Shown here: positions 7,409-16,072 of the stretch, in pieces
Position numbering within the stretch: position 1 is the stretch's first letter
Layout: each line of letters opens with the position of its first letter
Origin: a virus
Lineage: Duplodnaviria > Heunggongvirae > Uroviricota > Caudoviricetes
Reading direction: 5' to 3' (one strand)
Virus record (IMG/VR): IMGVR_UViG_3300044678_002996
Span: 1-17,300 of that record
Length of the DNA: 17,300 nucleotides
Position numbers and translations under genes: made by a program
Notes under the pieces: generated by a model
Told to the model about the DNA's origin: nothing
The model's database searches: none
The model's input: the letters and a program-made list of their open reading frames with translations, nothing else

Positions 7409-7562
7409 CTTTATCTCCATTTTCTTCTCGAAAAATTTCACAAGCGTAACTGTAACCTTCCCAATTATCCACTCCAGCCCCCTGAAGTGCCTCTAGGAAT
7501 AGGGAATCTTCTAAGAGAGACTCGTACTCTTCTTTACTTATTACAACAGTTTCTTCGTCCAT
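7401..7562 (-). CDS. Small acidic phage protein with GVDNWEGY motif (53 aa)
   Basis: ATG at 7562 preceded by GAGG. VVISKEEYESL...LEALQGAGVDNWEGY is a pattern recalled from diverse phage hypothetical proteins. Confidence 0.75.
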   Translation of the reverse strand: MDEETVVISKEEYESLLEDSLFLEALQGAGVDNWEGYSYACEIFREENGDKDE

Positions 7563-7569
7563 TTTGCCC

Positions 7570-7965
7570 TCAAAACTTATAGGTTTTCTTGGCCGGAGGG
7601 GCCCCTGCGACCCCTTTAAAATCCGCGCCCACAATCAATTTTTCCTTAGCCCCCTTGGGGAGAGCGTACGCCCCGCCCCCAAACTCAATGATTTTTTCAA
7701 CATAATCATCAAATCTCTTCATGGCGTCCTTCATAGCATCGCCATTGTACTTCTTGCCGAACTTATTGGTTTTGACGTTATCACAACCCCTTATATCATC
7801 CCAGTAAACTGGGATTTCTTGGTAAGGCTTATTAGTTTCTTTGCAGAATCGTTTTACTAGAGCGTGAGAGACAGACACTATCTCGGTACACTCTAGGGCT
7901 GACAATTGCCTGTGAAGAAAACCGTAGTCGTCAAAACCCCGCCCAACACTTACTCCGAGTATCAT
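7570..7965 (-). CDS. Degenerate YspA/DUF2493-like SLOG-fold protein
   Basis: MILGVSVGRGFDDY...EIVS...YWDD...KFGKKYN follows the DUF2493 outline but lacks the GGAxGAD and AGxxRN motifs. Confidence 0.6.
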   Translation of the reverse strand: MILGVSVGRGFDDYGFLHRQLSALECTEIVSVSHALVKRFCKETNKPYQEIPVYWDDIRGCDNVKTNKFGKKYNGDAMKDAMKRFDDYVEKIIEFGGGAYALPKGAKEKLIVGADFKGVAGAPPAKKTYKF

Positions 7966-8198
7966 GTCTTCCCTTCTAAAAAGGCTATAAGCTCTTCAGA
8001 GCAGGAAACACATACATGATATGCTTTGTAAGAATCGTAATAATTGATAAACACTCCGTCGTGTGCGAGTGGATAGTTAGTCGCGTTTGTTCGTGAGGAA
8101 AGAGGAACATCTGTCCTACTAATGCGAAACATACCTTCGACGGGAATAATTGTTTTTTTACACTTGTCACACGTACATACAATTGTTGTTTCTATCAT
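7962..8198 (-). CDS. Small CxxC...CxxC zinc-binding protein
   Basis: CDKC...CVSC-SEELIAFL; ATGA-coupled at both ends. Confidence 0.75.
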   Translation of the reverse strand: MIETTIVCTCDKCKKTIIPVEGMFRISRTDVPLSSRTNATNYPLAHDGVFINYYDSYKAYHVCVSCSEELIAFLEGKT

Positions 8199-8482
8199 TT
8201 AGACGCCTCGTATAGAGAACAAGTTCCCTTTATATCCACAGTATGGGCGGATTCCCAAGCTCGCCACTCGGCAAGCTGTTTTGTATAGGTATCCCCATCG
8301 TAATAGTCAAAGGGTTCATTAAGGGCATCGCCCGAACGCGGACGGTCTTTAGACACATTACAATATAAGACAGGTAGACCAACACCTGTTAGGAAATCTT
8401 GGGGGATGTAGCAGTGTTTGCAGCTTATACATCCCTTGTGGGCCATCGTCACTTCGCCGTCTGTCAGTGTATAATCTTTCAT
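8195..8482 (-). CDS. Cys-containing hypothetical protein
   Basis: CISCKHC...C...C; ATGA-coupled at both ends. Confidence 0.72.
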   Translation of the reverse strand: MKDYTLTDGEVTMAHKGCISCKHCYIPQDFLTGVGLPVLYCNVSKDRPRSGDALNEPFDYYDGDTYTKQLAEWRAWESAHTVDIKGTCSLYEASK

Positions 8483-9210
8483 CGCCCGCCCTTGTAATTA
8501 AGTTGTTTGAGGATCTTTCCGATAAGTGGGTGACGAAGGATATCCTTTTCGTCCATACAGACCATACCGCACAGGTCTTCTCTCGGATGAAGTTTATCTA
8601 TAAGGTATTCAAGGCCACTCTCGCCCCGCAGGTCTTGTTGGTCAGTGTCGCCCTCAAATACCATCTTACAGTTTTCGCCCAAGCGTGTGATCGCCATGAC
8701 AGCCTGTGGGATGGTCATATTTTGAGCCTCGGTGATCAGAACGTAACAGTTCTTGTAGGTAAAACCCCTCATGAGTTCAATAGCTTGTAACTCGATGGTC
8801 CGGTTTTCAAGAAGGCGTTCAAGTTCTTTACGAGATCCCAACAGGTCTTCTAAGTTGGATAGAATAGGGGCAAAGTATGGCACGAGTTTCTCATAGAGCG
8901 TGCCTTTAATGAATGGGAAGTCTCTGTCTGACGTGGCGACCATAGGGCGAGTTACATAGATCTTAGCCCTCTCTCTTGTGAAGAATACATCCTCTAGGGC
9001 AGTATTTAGGGCCACCAAGCTTTTACCAGTCCCAGACGGGCCAGAGCAGATTGTGATGTCCTGAGTCTTGATTGAGTTTACATATTCCTTTTGGTTTGTG
9101 GTCTTAGGTTTGATAAAGCGATACTGTACAGGCTTTGTGGACGCTGCCTCATTTTGTTTTGGTGGAACTGCGTCTGCCTTTTTTGTAGTTCTGCTTCTAT
9201 GTCGTGTCAT
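8479..9210 (-). CDS. phoH: PhoH-like protein
   Basis: PKTTNQ, GPSGTGKS Walker A, TRP, EK..PY, EAQN, TRLGE, GD..QQDL, RHPLI. Walker B and RGRT motifs are altered. Confidence 0.92.
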   Translation of the reverse strand: MTRHRSRTTKKADAVPPKQNEAASTKPVQYRFIKPKTTNQKEYVNSIKTQDITICSGPSGTGKSLVALNTALEDVFFTRERAKIYVTRPMVATSDRDFPFIKGTLYEKLVPYFAPILSNLEDLLGSRKELERLLENRTIELQAIELMRGFTYKNCYVLITEAQNMTIPQAVMAITRLGENCKMVFEGDTDQQDLRGESGLEYLIDKLHPREDLCGMVCMDEKDILRHPLIGKILKQLNYKGGR

Positions 9211-9800
9211 ACGATGCTTTCTTTGGGCAAATCTGCCCTAAATTTATTATTCATCTCTGAGAAATTGATCTCTGACGATAGCCACGCTGGTGGGTATCGT
9301 CTAGTATAAACCATCATATTTTTACCATTTTTATCAACCCGCTTACCGTGCTTGTAATAATCGCGATAAGCTTCAATCGTGTCGTCTTGCTTGTATTCGT
9401 CAGGCATACATTGGGGCGGCTTGGTGATATACCAACTACCCAATTTGATTAACTTAGTCTCATCTAGCTCTGGAATATCTGGAATATGCAGATTAAGCCA
9501 ACCAAATAAGCCAGTCATACTATGAACTTTTCCGCTATATCTGTGAGAATATTCCATCATAAGTGCTTGTGTGTATACAGTTAAATACACATAATTTTCT
9601 TTATGCGAACGGCACCATATTGCAGAAGGATGATTTTGGTGTGTTAACTTGACCAGTTTCTGACGAACATTATCAATTGGGTGGAGGTGATGTGCTGAAG
9701 ATAGAAGCTGTATGGACTCTAAAATCATTTTGACAACGTGTTTGTCACAAAGTGACTGGGCAGACCCATATGCGTTAGCGTCTAAAAAGAAAATGTTCAT
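9207..9800 (-). CDS. Pyrimidine-dimer DNA glycosylase (DenV/endonuclease V)-like protein
   Basis: MNIFFLD, DKHVVKMILES.QLLS, TH.NHP..IW, PQCMPDEYK, AYR.YY motifs. Confidence 0.82.
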   Translation of the reverse strand: MNIFFLDANAYGSAQSLCDKHVVKMILESIQLLSSAHHLHPIDNVRQKLVKLTHQNHPSAIWCRSHKENYVYLTVYTQALMMEYSHRYSGKVHSMTGLFGWLNLHIPDIPELDETKLIKLGSWYITKPPQCMPDEYKQDDTIEAYRDYYKHGKRVDKNGKNMMVYTRRYPPAWLSSEINFSEMNNKFRADLPKESIV

Positions 9801-10051
9801 CAGTTAGGTTTTTCTATCTTAAATAGAGGAGAGATATTTATTCCCACCTTATCCTTAAAGTATCTCATTGTGCAGGAAGATCGCCCATAATTACGCTCTT
9901 TTGGGAAATTTACATACCCATCTCCATTTTCACGATCTATTCTAATAATCATCCATTCATCACGTTGAAAATAAATTTGGTGCATTGGCTCTGCTCCGTC
10001 GTATATCTGCACCCAATAGTATCCTGAATCTGCTTCGTCTAGTGGTATCAT
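9800..10051 (-). CDS. Hypothetical protein
   Basis: 83 aa, TGATG overlap downstream, GAGG upstream. Confidence 0.7.
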   Translation of the reverse strand: MIPLDEADSGYYWVQIYDGAEPMHQIYFQRDEWMIIRIDRENGDGYVNFPKERNYGRSSCTMRYFKDKVGINISPLFKIEKPN

Positions 10052-10052
10052 G

Positions 10053-10742
10053 TTATCCTCTTATTACAAAACCAGTTTGATCTTTTTTAGCTTTACCTTT
10101 TGCGGTAAGGCCCCCGATTTGCCCCTTAGGGTCTAGAAAACGTAAATCTGTTTCGTCAGCACTAAATACTGTGTACCCATCATAAGTTTCGGGCACGGTC
10201 TGGAAGACTGCGGCCACTGTATGATCGTTATCGAGTACAGTTTTGCAGAACTTCCAATTAGACTCAGACCTGCTGAATGTGAGATAGTAGTTGGGCGGGC
10301 ATTTGCCATCCATATACTTTCTCATAATCTTCTCTTCTTTGGTGTAATTATACATAATCACATCAGAGAATTCTTCAAATATCTGGGGCACTTTGCTTGG
10401 CCAGTAAATATCTGAAGTTCCGTTAAGCCTAACGCAAGGAATCATACCCTTAGACTTTGCCTGATTAACAAGGGCATGAATATCTCGCTTAAGATCCCTG
10501 ATAAATACATCCGGGTCTTCAAACAATTCCTTTGTCTTTCTAATTCGGGCGGCTTCAACGGAGTGCATTACACCTCTCCCCGCCGTAAACAAACAAGATG
10601 CCCGACATCCTTCCGTGGATGAAGGGCAAGTTTGATAGCCCGAAGTTTTAGCCGGAGCTAGGTAGAGTACCCCTGTTAGATACTCCCCTAGTTTGTCTCC
10701 TTTTACAGTCTTAGCATTAGCCCCAACATTTAAGAGTTTCAT
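10053..10742 (-). CDS. GP88-like protein with C-x6-C-x3-C motif (predicted radical-SAM-like Fe-S enzyme)
   Basis: N.K..K, L.LAPA, CPSSTEGCRASCL..AGRG, RLNGTSD, YTK, Y.LTFSRSE, D.TDLRFLD, L.AKG.AKKD.TGFV. Confidence 0.75.
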   Translation of the reverse strand: MKLLNVGANAKTVKGDKLGEYLTGVLYLAPAKTSGYQTCPSSTEGCRASCLFTAGRGVMHSVEAARIRKTKELFEDPDVFIRDLKRDIHALVNQAKSKGMIPCVRLNGTSDIYWPSKVPQIFEEFSDVIMYNYTKEEKIMRKYMDGKCPPNYYLTFSRSESNWKFCKTVLDNDHTVAAVFQTVPETYDGYTVFSADETDLRFLDPKGQIGGLTAKGKAKKDQTGFVIRG

Positions 10743-11695
10743 TCTTCATATTCCTCTAGGTCTTCGACCAAAACCATTTCTAATTCTTGACTCCAAACGT
10801 GTCGCACGACTACTGTATCATAGCCTTCAGTGTCACTTAGAACTTCGACATAAGAGTCTTGATAAAGAGCCATATCTCCGCGTCTAAACGAACTGACTTC
10901 TGAGATAGAATCATAATCGTTATCAATATCTTCGTCGCAAGTACATTCATTATAACATTCGTCATATGATGTGTTCTTGAGAATATCGCAATAATCCTTC
11001 ACAACTTCGTATTCGCACACTCTGATCTTTGTGGAATTATGATCATAAGGTACACACACTACATTCTTAGGGTTTACCTTAACGATAATACACTTGTCCC
11101 CGTGCCCCGAATACCATCCATTTGGGCCGGAGTAAGCCAACCCGCCCACGTGCAATCCTTGGGCACAATGGTGACGAGCGTCGTCGGAAATCTTATTGCG
11201 GTCCATCTTAATGACAGACCCGATAGTGTTAGAGATGGTGCCCGAGAACTTATCCTTATAATCCTTACGAACGCACTTATAGGCCAATAGGTGGCCGTCT
11301 TCGGTAAGGGGTAGCTTATGGGTTTCAATAAATCTCCACAACTGCTCGATTGAACTAGCAGAAGGATTTTCCATAAGATTCTCTAGGAACTTAACAATAG
11401 GCTTAATGTCAAGCCCAGCCGTGCGGTATTCGTAGATAGCGTCAACAACAGAGTTATGAATCAACTCTCCATTGAAGAATACCCCAAGGTCCGTCACCTC
11501 AATCTTGCCCCCAGAGCTAGAGGATACTGACTTAGCCACGCAGGCCAAATTTTCGATTTCTTCAAATCTTACGCTTGAGCTGTTGAGGGCCGCTACGATT
11601 TTTTTGAAGTTAAGGTGGTCTTTGTTAATCTCCACAGTTTTAGTTTCATGGAAAATGCAAAGTGAGTTACTCGTCAAAACATAATTCAAAGACAT
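10739..11695 (-). CDS. rIIB: rIIB-like protein
   Basis: FLENLMENPS, LPLTEDGHLLAYK.VR.DY.D..SGT..N..G...M.R, C..GLH, VKVNP..VV.VP.D....K.RVCEYEV; directly downstream of rIIA. Confidence 0.92.
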   Translation of the reverse strand: MSLNYVLTSNSLCIFHETKTVEINKDHLNFKKIVAALNSSSVRFEEIENLACVAKSVSSSSGGKIEVTDLGVFFNGELIHNSVVDAIYEYRTAGLDIKPIVKFLENLMENPSASSIEQLWRFIETHKLPLTEDGHLLAYKCVRKDYKDKFSGTISNTIGSVIKMDRNKISDDARHHCAQGLHVGGLAYSGPNGWYSGHGDKCIIVKVNPKNVVCVPYDHNSTKIRVCEYEVVKDYCDILKNTSYDECYNECTCDEDIDNDYDSISEVSSFRRGDMALYQDSYVEVLSDTEGYDTVVVRHVWSQELEMVLVEDLEEYEE

Positions 11696-13700
11696 TCTGG
11701 TCTCCCTTTTCTATATACTCTTTTAGTGGTTTTTTGAATTTCGCATCTTTAAGATGGTATTGATTTATTATGCTTAGTAATGGATAATTTGTTTCAACTG
11801 TTTTATCAATTGACTTTCTAATTTTATCCAATAACTTAGAGGATTTTTGGGCCAAATCTAATGGTTTGAATCCTAGTGAACACATAGATGAATACAATTG
11901 ATTCATATATTTTATTTTTACGGTGTCTGACTTTCTATAAAACTTGGCGAGGCCATTAGCATAATCTTTTCTTTCCTTAGCTAAGAACTCATGAAGGTTG
12001 TTTCTCTGCAGTTCTTTGTAAATCCAATCCGCCCAATATTGTTCAATGTGCCCATTAACCTCTTTCTCTAATACGTCGAAAAGATAAATTCCGTTGGGCG
12101 GTTTTTCAAATTCCCAGTCCAGAACGATAACATCTTTTTCTAGAGGTGTAGAAGCGTAATATACATCACTAAGCGTGTATGTCATTTTGTTGTGTGACAC
12201 ACTCTTATTCTTCATTATGACGTAATAACCATCATATTTCTCTAGATCTGGCTTGAACTTTTCTGCTATGTTGATAAAAGTTGGGTTGTAGGTTGTGCCC
12301 TTTCTGAGTTTGTAGATGTCTTTTTTCTCTTTAACTACTCCCGCTTTTCGGGGGGCTCGCTTCTTTACTGGAAGACTAGACGCTTTTATTTTGAAAATAT
12401 CTCCAAATTTGTCGGCAAATTCCTTAGTTTTCTCGGTAGATAGTTCTACACACACTGTGCAGTATGCGTGAGGGACATTGTCGGCTATTCGCGTAAGTCC
12501 GCCAGCCGGAATATCATCTATGATAAACTGGTGATCTGGGTAGTTTGTGAGATATGAACGATAATTAAATCCGTCCGAATCATAAGGCACAAAAGACTTC
12601 TTATTCTTAAGTTTAAGAGTGAAGTTCTTCTTAAGCTGCTCTTTGAGGTATTCCATGGAGAGATTGTGACCTTTCCACTTCATAGGCTTCAGCTTGATAA
12701 TATCCATTCGTGAGTAAATCGTTAGGGCATCCCTATAGTTGTCAGAGGCGTCTATTTGCTTTTGCACCTCTGCTTCAATATTAGCTTCAATATGACGTAA
12801 AACCGACTTCGCGTAAGCGACTGTTTTCGCGTTCATCTTCAATTTTTCGCGAGACGCTTGTACTGACACAGACCCCAGTGGGGCTTCTACGATAACGTAA
12901 CGATTACTTAGGATATTCGAACGCTCGACAAGATTATAGTCTATGTCGTAGGCGACGCCGCCCATTACGATCATATTCTTAAGTAACTTATTATTATAGC
13001 CATTATTCTTGTATGTATTGGCTATGATAAAAATTTTGTCGTCTATTTTGATACTCAAAGAGTCTACTTTGGATAGGGTGTCCTTGAAGTACTCAATTTT
13101 CAGGCCGCACTCAAAAAGCTCTGATTTAATAAAAGAAAGAGAGTACTTAATATCTTCACAAAACAGGGTAATTTCTTCTCTCTTGATGGAGTAGCTAACT
13201 TCTAGGCCGTCATGTTGATCTGTCCGCTCTGAATTAATAGCGGCGACTTGTGGCACACCGTCTTCGCCCCCAAAGATTGAGTAAAGTGTAACGGTGCCGT
13301 CCTTATAGGATTTAACCGTAAATTGCTCTACATACGCAAGTGGAGATAGGGCCCCTATTCCGAAGAACCCTATCTCGTTTTCTATTTCTTTTTTAGATGA
13401 AGAGCCTAAAGATGTGTATAGATCTCTGATTTCAGCCGAAGTTAAACCCGGCCCGAAATCTCTTACAGAGAACACTGGGTTTAGGGCCGACGGATATTGA
13501 ATTCTAATGGGCACTTGGGAATTAGTGCGGGTGTTAGCGTCTAGGGCGTTTGAGATAATTTCTCTAATACCAGCCATTCTTGGCATGGAATAAACAGACT
13601 CTGTTAAGATACTGAAAATAGCCCCAGTGTTTTCTGACACTTTGGCTGGCATATATGTTACGTTTGATTGTACTTTTGCGCGGGGGCTATTATCTATCAT
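11667..13700 (-). CDS. rIIA: rIIA-like protein with N-terminal GHKL ATPase
   Basis: IREIISNALDA (N box), VRDFGPGL (G1), S.K....IGFFGIG..SP.AY (G2), GLEVS, MGGVAY.I, G.V....SREKL; 677 aa; overlaps rIIB. Confidence 0.92.
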   Translation of the reverse strand: MIDNSPRAKVQSNVTYMPAKVSENTGAIFSILTESVYSMPRMAGIREIISNALDANTRTNSQVPIRIQYPSALNPVFSVRDFGPGLTSAEIRDLYTSLGSSSKKEIENEIGFFGIGALSPLAYVEQFTVKSYKDGTVTLYSIFGGEDGVPQVAAINSERTDQHDGLEVSYSIKREEITLFCEDIKYSLSFIKSELFECGLKIEYFKDTLSKVDSLSIKIDDKIFIIANTYKNNGYNNKLLKNMIVMGGVAYDIDYNLVERSNILSNRYVIVEAPLGSVSVQASREKLKMNAKTVAYAKSVLRHIEANIEAEVQKQIDASDNYRDALTIYSRMDIIKLKPMKWKGHNLSMEYLKEQLKKNFTLKLKNKKSFVPYDSDGFNYRSYLTNYPDHQFIIDDIPAGGLTRIADNVPHAYCTVCVELSTEKTKEFADKFGDIFKIKASSLPVKKRAPRKAGVVKEKKDIYKLRKGTTYNPTFINIAEKFKPDLEKYDGYYVIMKNKSVSHNKMTYTLSDVYYASTPLEKDVIVLDWEFEKPPNGIYLFDVLEKEVNGHIEQYWADWIYKELQRNNLHEFLAKERKDYANGLAKFYRKSDTVKIKYMNQLYSSMCSLGFKPLDLAQKSSKLLDKIRKSIDKTVETNYPLLSIINQYHLKDAKFKKPLKEYIEKGDQNVFELCFDE

Positions 13701-13909
13701 TATTTACCTCTTAGTGTGAAATCCTTAAAACCATCTTTTGTATTGCAAACGTATGCACTACTGTGGAGCCTAGTGCGTGGAATAACTGAGTCAGGAACTG
13801 AATAGGTCTCATAAACGTTTACTCTGAAACATTCGCCCCCAACAGCTTTTATTTTTGGGACACAATTATCTGGGAAACCTAGCAAATCTTTAGCTTCTTT
13901 TGGAGTCAT
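13700..13909 (-). CDS. Hypothetical protein
   Basis: 69 aa, TAATG-coupled at both ends. Confidence 0.72.
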   Translation of the reverse strand: MTPKEAKDLLGFPDNCVPKIKAVGGECFRVNVYETYSVPDSVIPRTRLHSSAYVCNTKDGFKDFTLRGK

Positions 13910-15000
13910 TATTCGTAGTTCCTTATTGCTACCATTACTGGAAATCTTGGGACGCCGTCTTCTGTTATTTCAAAGTATCTTATGGTGGCCATCATCCCGA
14001 TATAACTGTCAGCATTTGCTAAGTAGAGGGCCCGCTCTTCTTCTGTTCCTTTCGGGACAGCTTCAAAAGTTTTCTTGTCTTTAGTGACCAAAGTAAATGT
14101 TGGTATATTTTTGAACTTGCCTTTCCCAGTTTTGTAGCCAGTGATTTCAAATTCGTCATCAATAAATTCCTTAAGTTTGAGAAGATCGTACGATCTCTTA
14201 TTTGGTTGATAGAGGGACGCCAAATTGCGAATCATCGTGCCCTCTTGCCCAGCCTTAACATTTTCTTTATGCCATCTGAAAAGGTCGTCCTCAGTTTTTA
14301 TTATTTTCCACGGAACTATTTTTGAATTTTTGAGGCCGACTAACAAAAGGTCCAAGGCCACAACTCGTTCGTGGTAGGTGCTGTCGTCGACAATGTCGAA
14401 TGCGTAGAAGAAGATTTTATACATTCTCTCGTCCTTCGATTTTGTCTTGCGGACAACTGAAACAATATCATTGAAGGAAAGTTCATTACTATAGAGTTCG
14501 CCGTCAAGAGTTATATCGGTGTTTAGGGTTATTAGCTCGTCAGTTATATGGTCAAGGTTTACTATCTCTGTCCCGGTGCGACTGGTGCATTTTGCAACGC
14601 CGTCCTTAATGTCGATAATAACTCTAATGCCGTCTATCTTAACGCTGGCGATTGCGGGCCACTGAATCTTGTGGGCGTAGTCAGAATACTTGTGGGCCAA
14701 CATTGGGAGGGCTGGGGGCTTCTGGGCGACAGCGGTGGAGTAGCCTTTACGCTCAATTTGCTTTGTGTAAAGGGCTTCTGCCTCTGCCCTACATTGTTCT
14801 GTAGCAGTTGTTTCATTAGCTCGCCCAATATTTTTACCTTCAGCGACTTGGACTTCTGTCTTTTGCATCTGCCCATTTAGTTGCCCGTGTAACACGGAAT
14901 AGTAGGGAATATCGTCCTCGTCGAATCCGACGTAGACTTCCCACGTACGAGTTTTACCCTTAGAATCTATCTTATAGAGAGTGCTATTGATTTTTATCAT
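13909..15000 (-). CDS. lig: ATP-dependent DNA ligase
   Basis: PMLA, motif I KIDGIR, SRTG, III LDGELY, IIIa FYAFDI, IV EGTMIR, V LLKLKEF, OB-fold ending PRFP. Confidence 0.96.
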   Translation of the reverse strand: MIKINSTLYKIDSKGKTRTWEVYVGFDEDDIPYYSVLHGQLNGQMQKTEVQVAEGKNIGRANETTATEQCRAEAEALYTKQIERKGYSTAVAQKPPALPMLAHKYSDYAHKIQWPAIASVKIDGIRVIIDIKDGVAKCTSRTGTEIVNLDHITDELITLNTDITLDGELYSNELSFNDIVSVVRKTKSKDERMYKIFFYAFDIVDDSTYHERVVALDLLLVGLKNSKIVPWKIIKTEDDLFRWHKENVKAGQEGTMIRNLASLYQPNKRSYDLLKLKEFIDDEFEITGYKTGKGKFKNIPTFTLVTKDKKTFEAVPKGTEEERALYLANADSYIGMMATIRYFEITEDGVPRFPVMVAIRNYE

Positions 15001-15281
15001 ACGAATTCTGTCTTTCCTATGGTTACAGCTATAGCATCTTGCTTGTATTTAATTGTAAGTAAATTTAGCGAGTTTTTGATCTCATTTATATTAACTCTGT
15101 CTGTCTCAAAAACCCAACACGCATTTTGCCATGGTCTATCCCAAGAAGATCCTCCAGAAAAATGTATTACACCTAATTTTGACACTACCCAGTCGACGTC
15201 TTTACAAAACACTGACCACTCATATTGGGTTAATTTATTATCCGTGTTTCCTATTTGGACAGTTACAGTTACATTATCCAT
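14997..15281 (-). CDS. Conserved-looking hypothetical protein (IGN.D.KLTQ.EW...HFSGGS...WQNACW)
   Basis: 94 aa, coupled at both ends, alternating beta/alpha pattern. Confidence 0.75.
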   Translation of the reverse strand: MDNVTVTVQIGNTDNKLTQYEWSVFCKDVDWVVSKLGVIHFSGGSSWDRPWQNACWVFETDRVNINEIKNSLNLLTIKYKQDAIAVTIGKTEFV

Positions 15282-16072
15282 TACTGTATTTCTTTCTTCT
15301 CAATATCAAGAATTTCATTTACGATTGCCTTGAAGTCGCACTGGTACAATCCACTCGTATTGATACTATTAGCCTCTAGTTGTTTAACTTCGCCCTTGCT
15401 AATCGCTACATCTAGAATCCACAGTGGATAGGGGCGGTATGTGCCAGAGTCTAAGTCTGCCTCGATGCCCTTAATTTGGACGTCAGACAACTTTGCCCCG
15501 TAGTCTGGATAACTTGACTGAGTTACGACCTTATTAAACCAAAGCCCAGAGATATCATCATATTGTGAGCGAATGACTAATCTAAATTCCTCAGAGATTT
15601 CCTTTTCCTCGGCGGCCACTAAGATTTCTTCTGGGAAAATATTAGCCTTTTCAAGTTCTACATATGCTACAGGGGCACTGTAGAGTCCACCAGTAAATAC
15701 TTTGTAGCCAGAATTTGATCTAATATAATCTTGGCTATGGTCTTTTAGTGCTTCTGGATCAGAGAATACATTTCTAAGTAATTGCCCATAAGTAACTAAT
15801 AGAAATCTATCGTTCAACAGATTGTTCAAATGTGATCCAAAGAAAGAGTAATCAAATTCTTTTCCAAGCCAAATCTGGAACCTCGCCCCTACTCGTTGTA
15901 ATGCTAGGGCGTTCTTAATCGTCCCAATAAAAAATACGTGATTGTCAGCAGCTAGGTACGGCGGTCGCCCGTCTGGATTCCAAATAGTGTGTTCAATTCG
16001 CATCTCATCCAATACTCTAAGGATTTCATTTTGTTCTTCTGGGAACGCATTTGCTTCAATAAGAAATTTCAT
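15281..16072 (-). CDS. ATP-grasp domain protein, DUF4343/R2K-like
   Basis: YIRS...KVFTGG, E.R.VI, KVVT.S.Y, LDVA...K.LEAN..N.SGLY retaining the D and ExN catalytic positions. Confidence 0.75.
   Translation of the reverse strand: MKFLIEANAFPEEQNEILRVLDEMRIEHTIWNPDGRPPYLAADNHVFFIGTIKNALALQRVGARFQIWLGKEFDYSFFGSHLNNLLNDRFLLVTYGQLLRNVFSDPEALKDHSQDYIRSNSGYKVFTGGLYSAPVAYVELEKANIFPEEILVAAEEKEISEEFRLVIRSQYDDISGLWFNKVVTQSSYPDYGAKLSDVQIKGIEADLDSGTYRPYPLWILDVAISKGEVKQLEANSINTSGLYQCDFKAIVNEILDIEKKEIQ

Noticed and set aside
7597-7606. 10-bp palindrome AGGGGCCCCT
   Set aside because: Single occurrence inside coding sequence, compatible with chance.
1106-15379. Plus-strand ORFs in the track other than the HNH gene (e.g. 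3471..3866, 8467..8790, 14548..14880, 15019..15333) and nested minus-strand ORFs (7985..8182, 11074..11328, 14634..14876)
   Set aside because: All lie wholly over well-supported genes, lack motifs and RBSs, and are expected as shadows.
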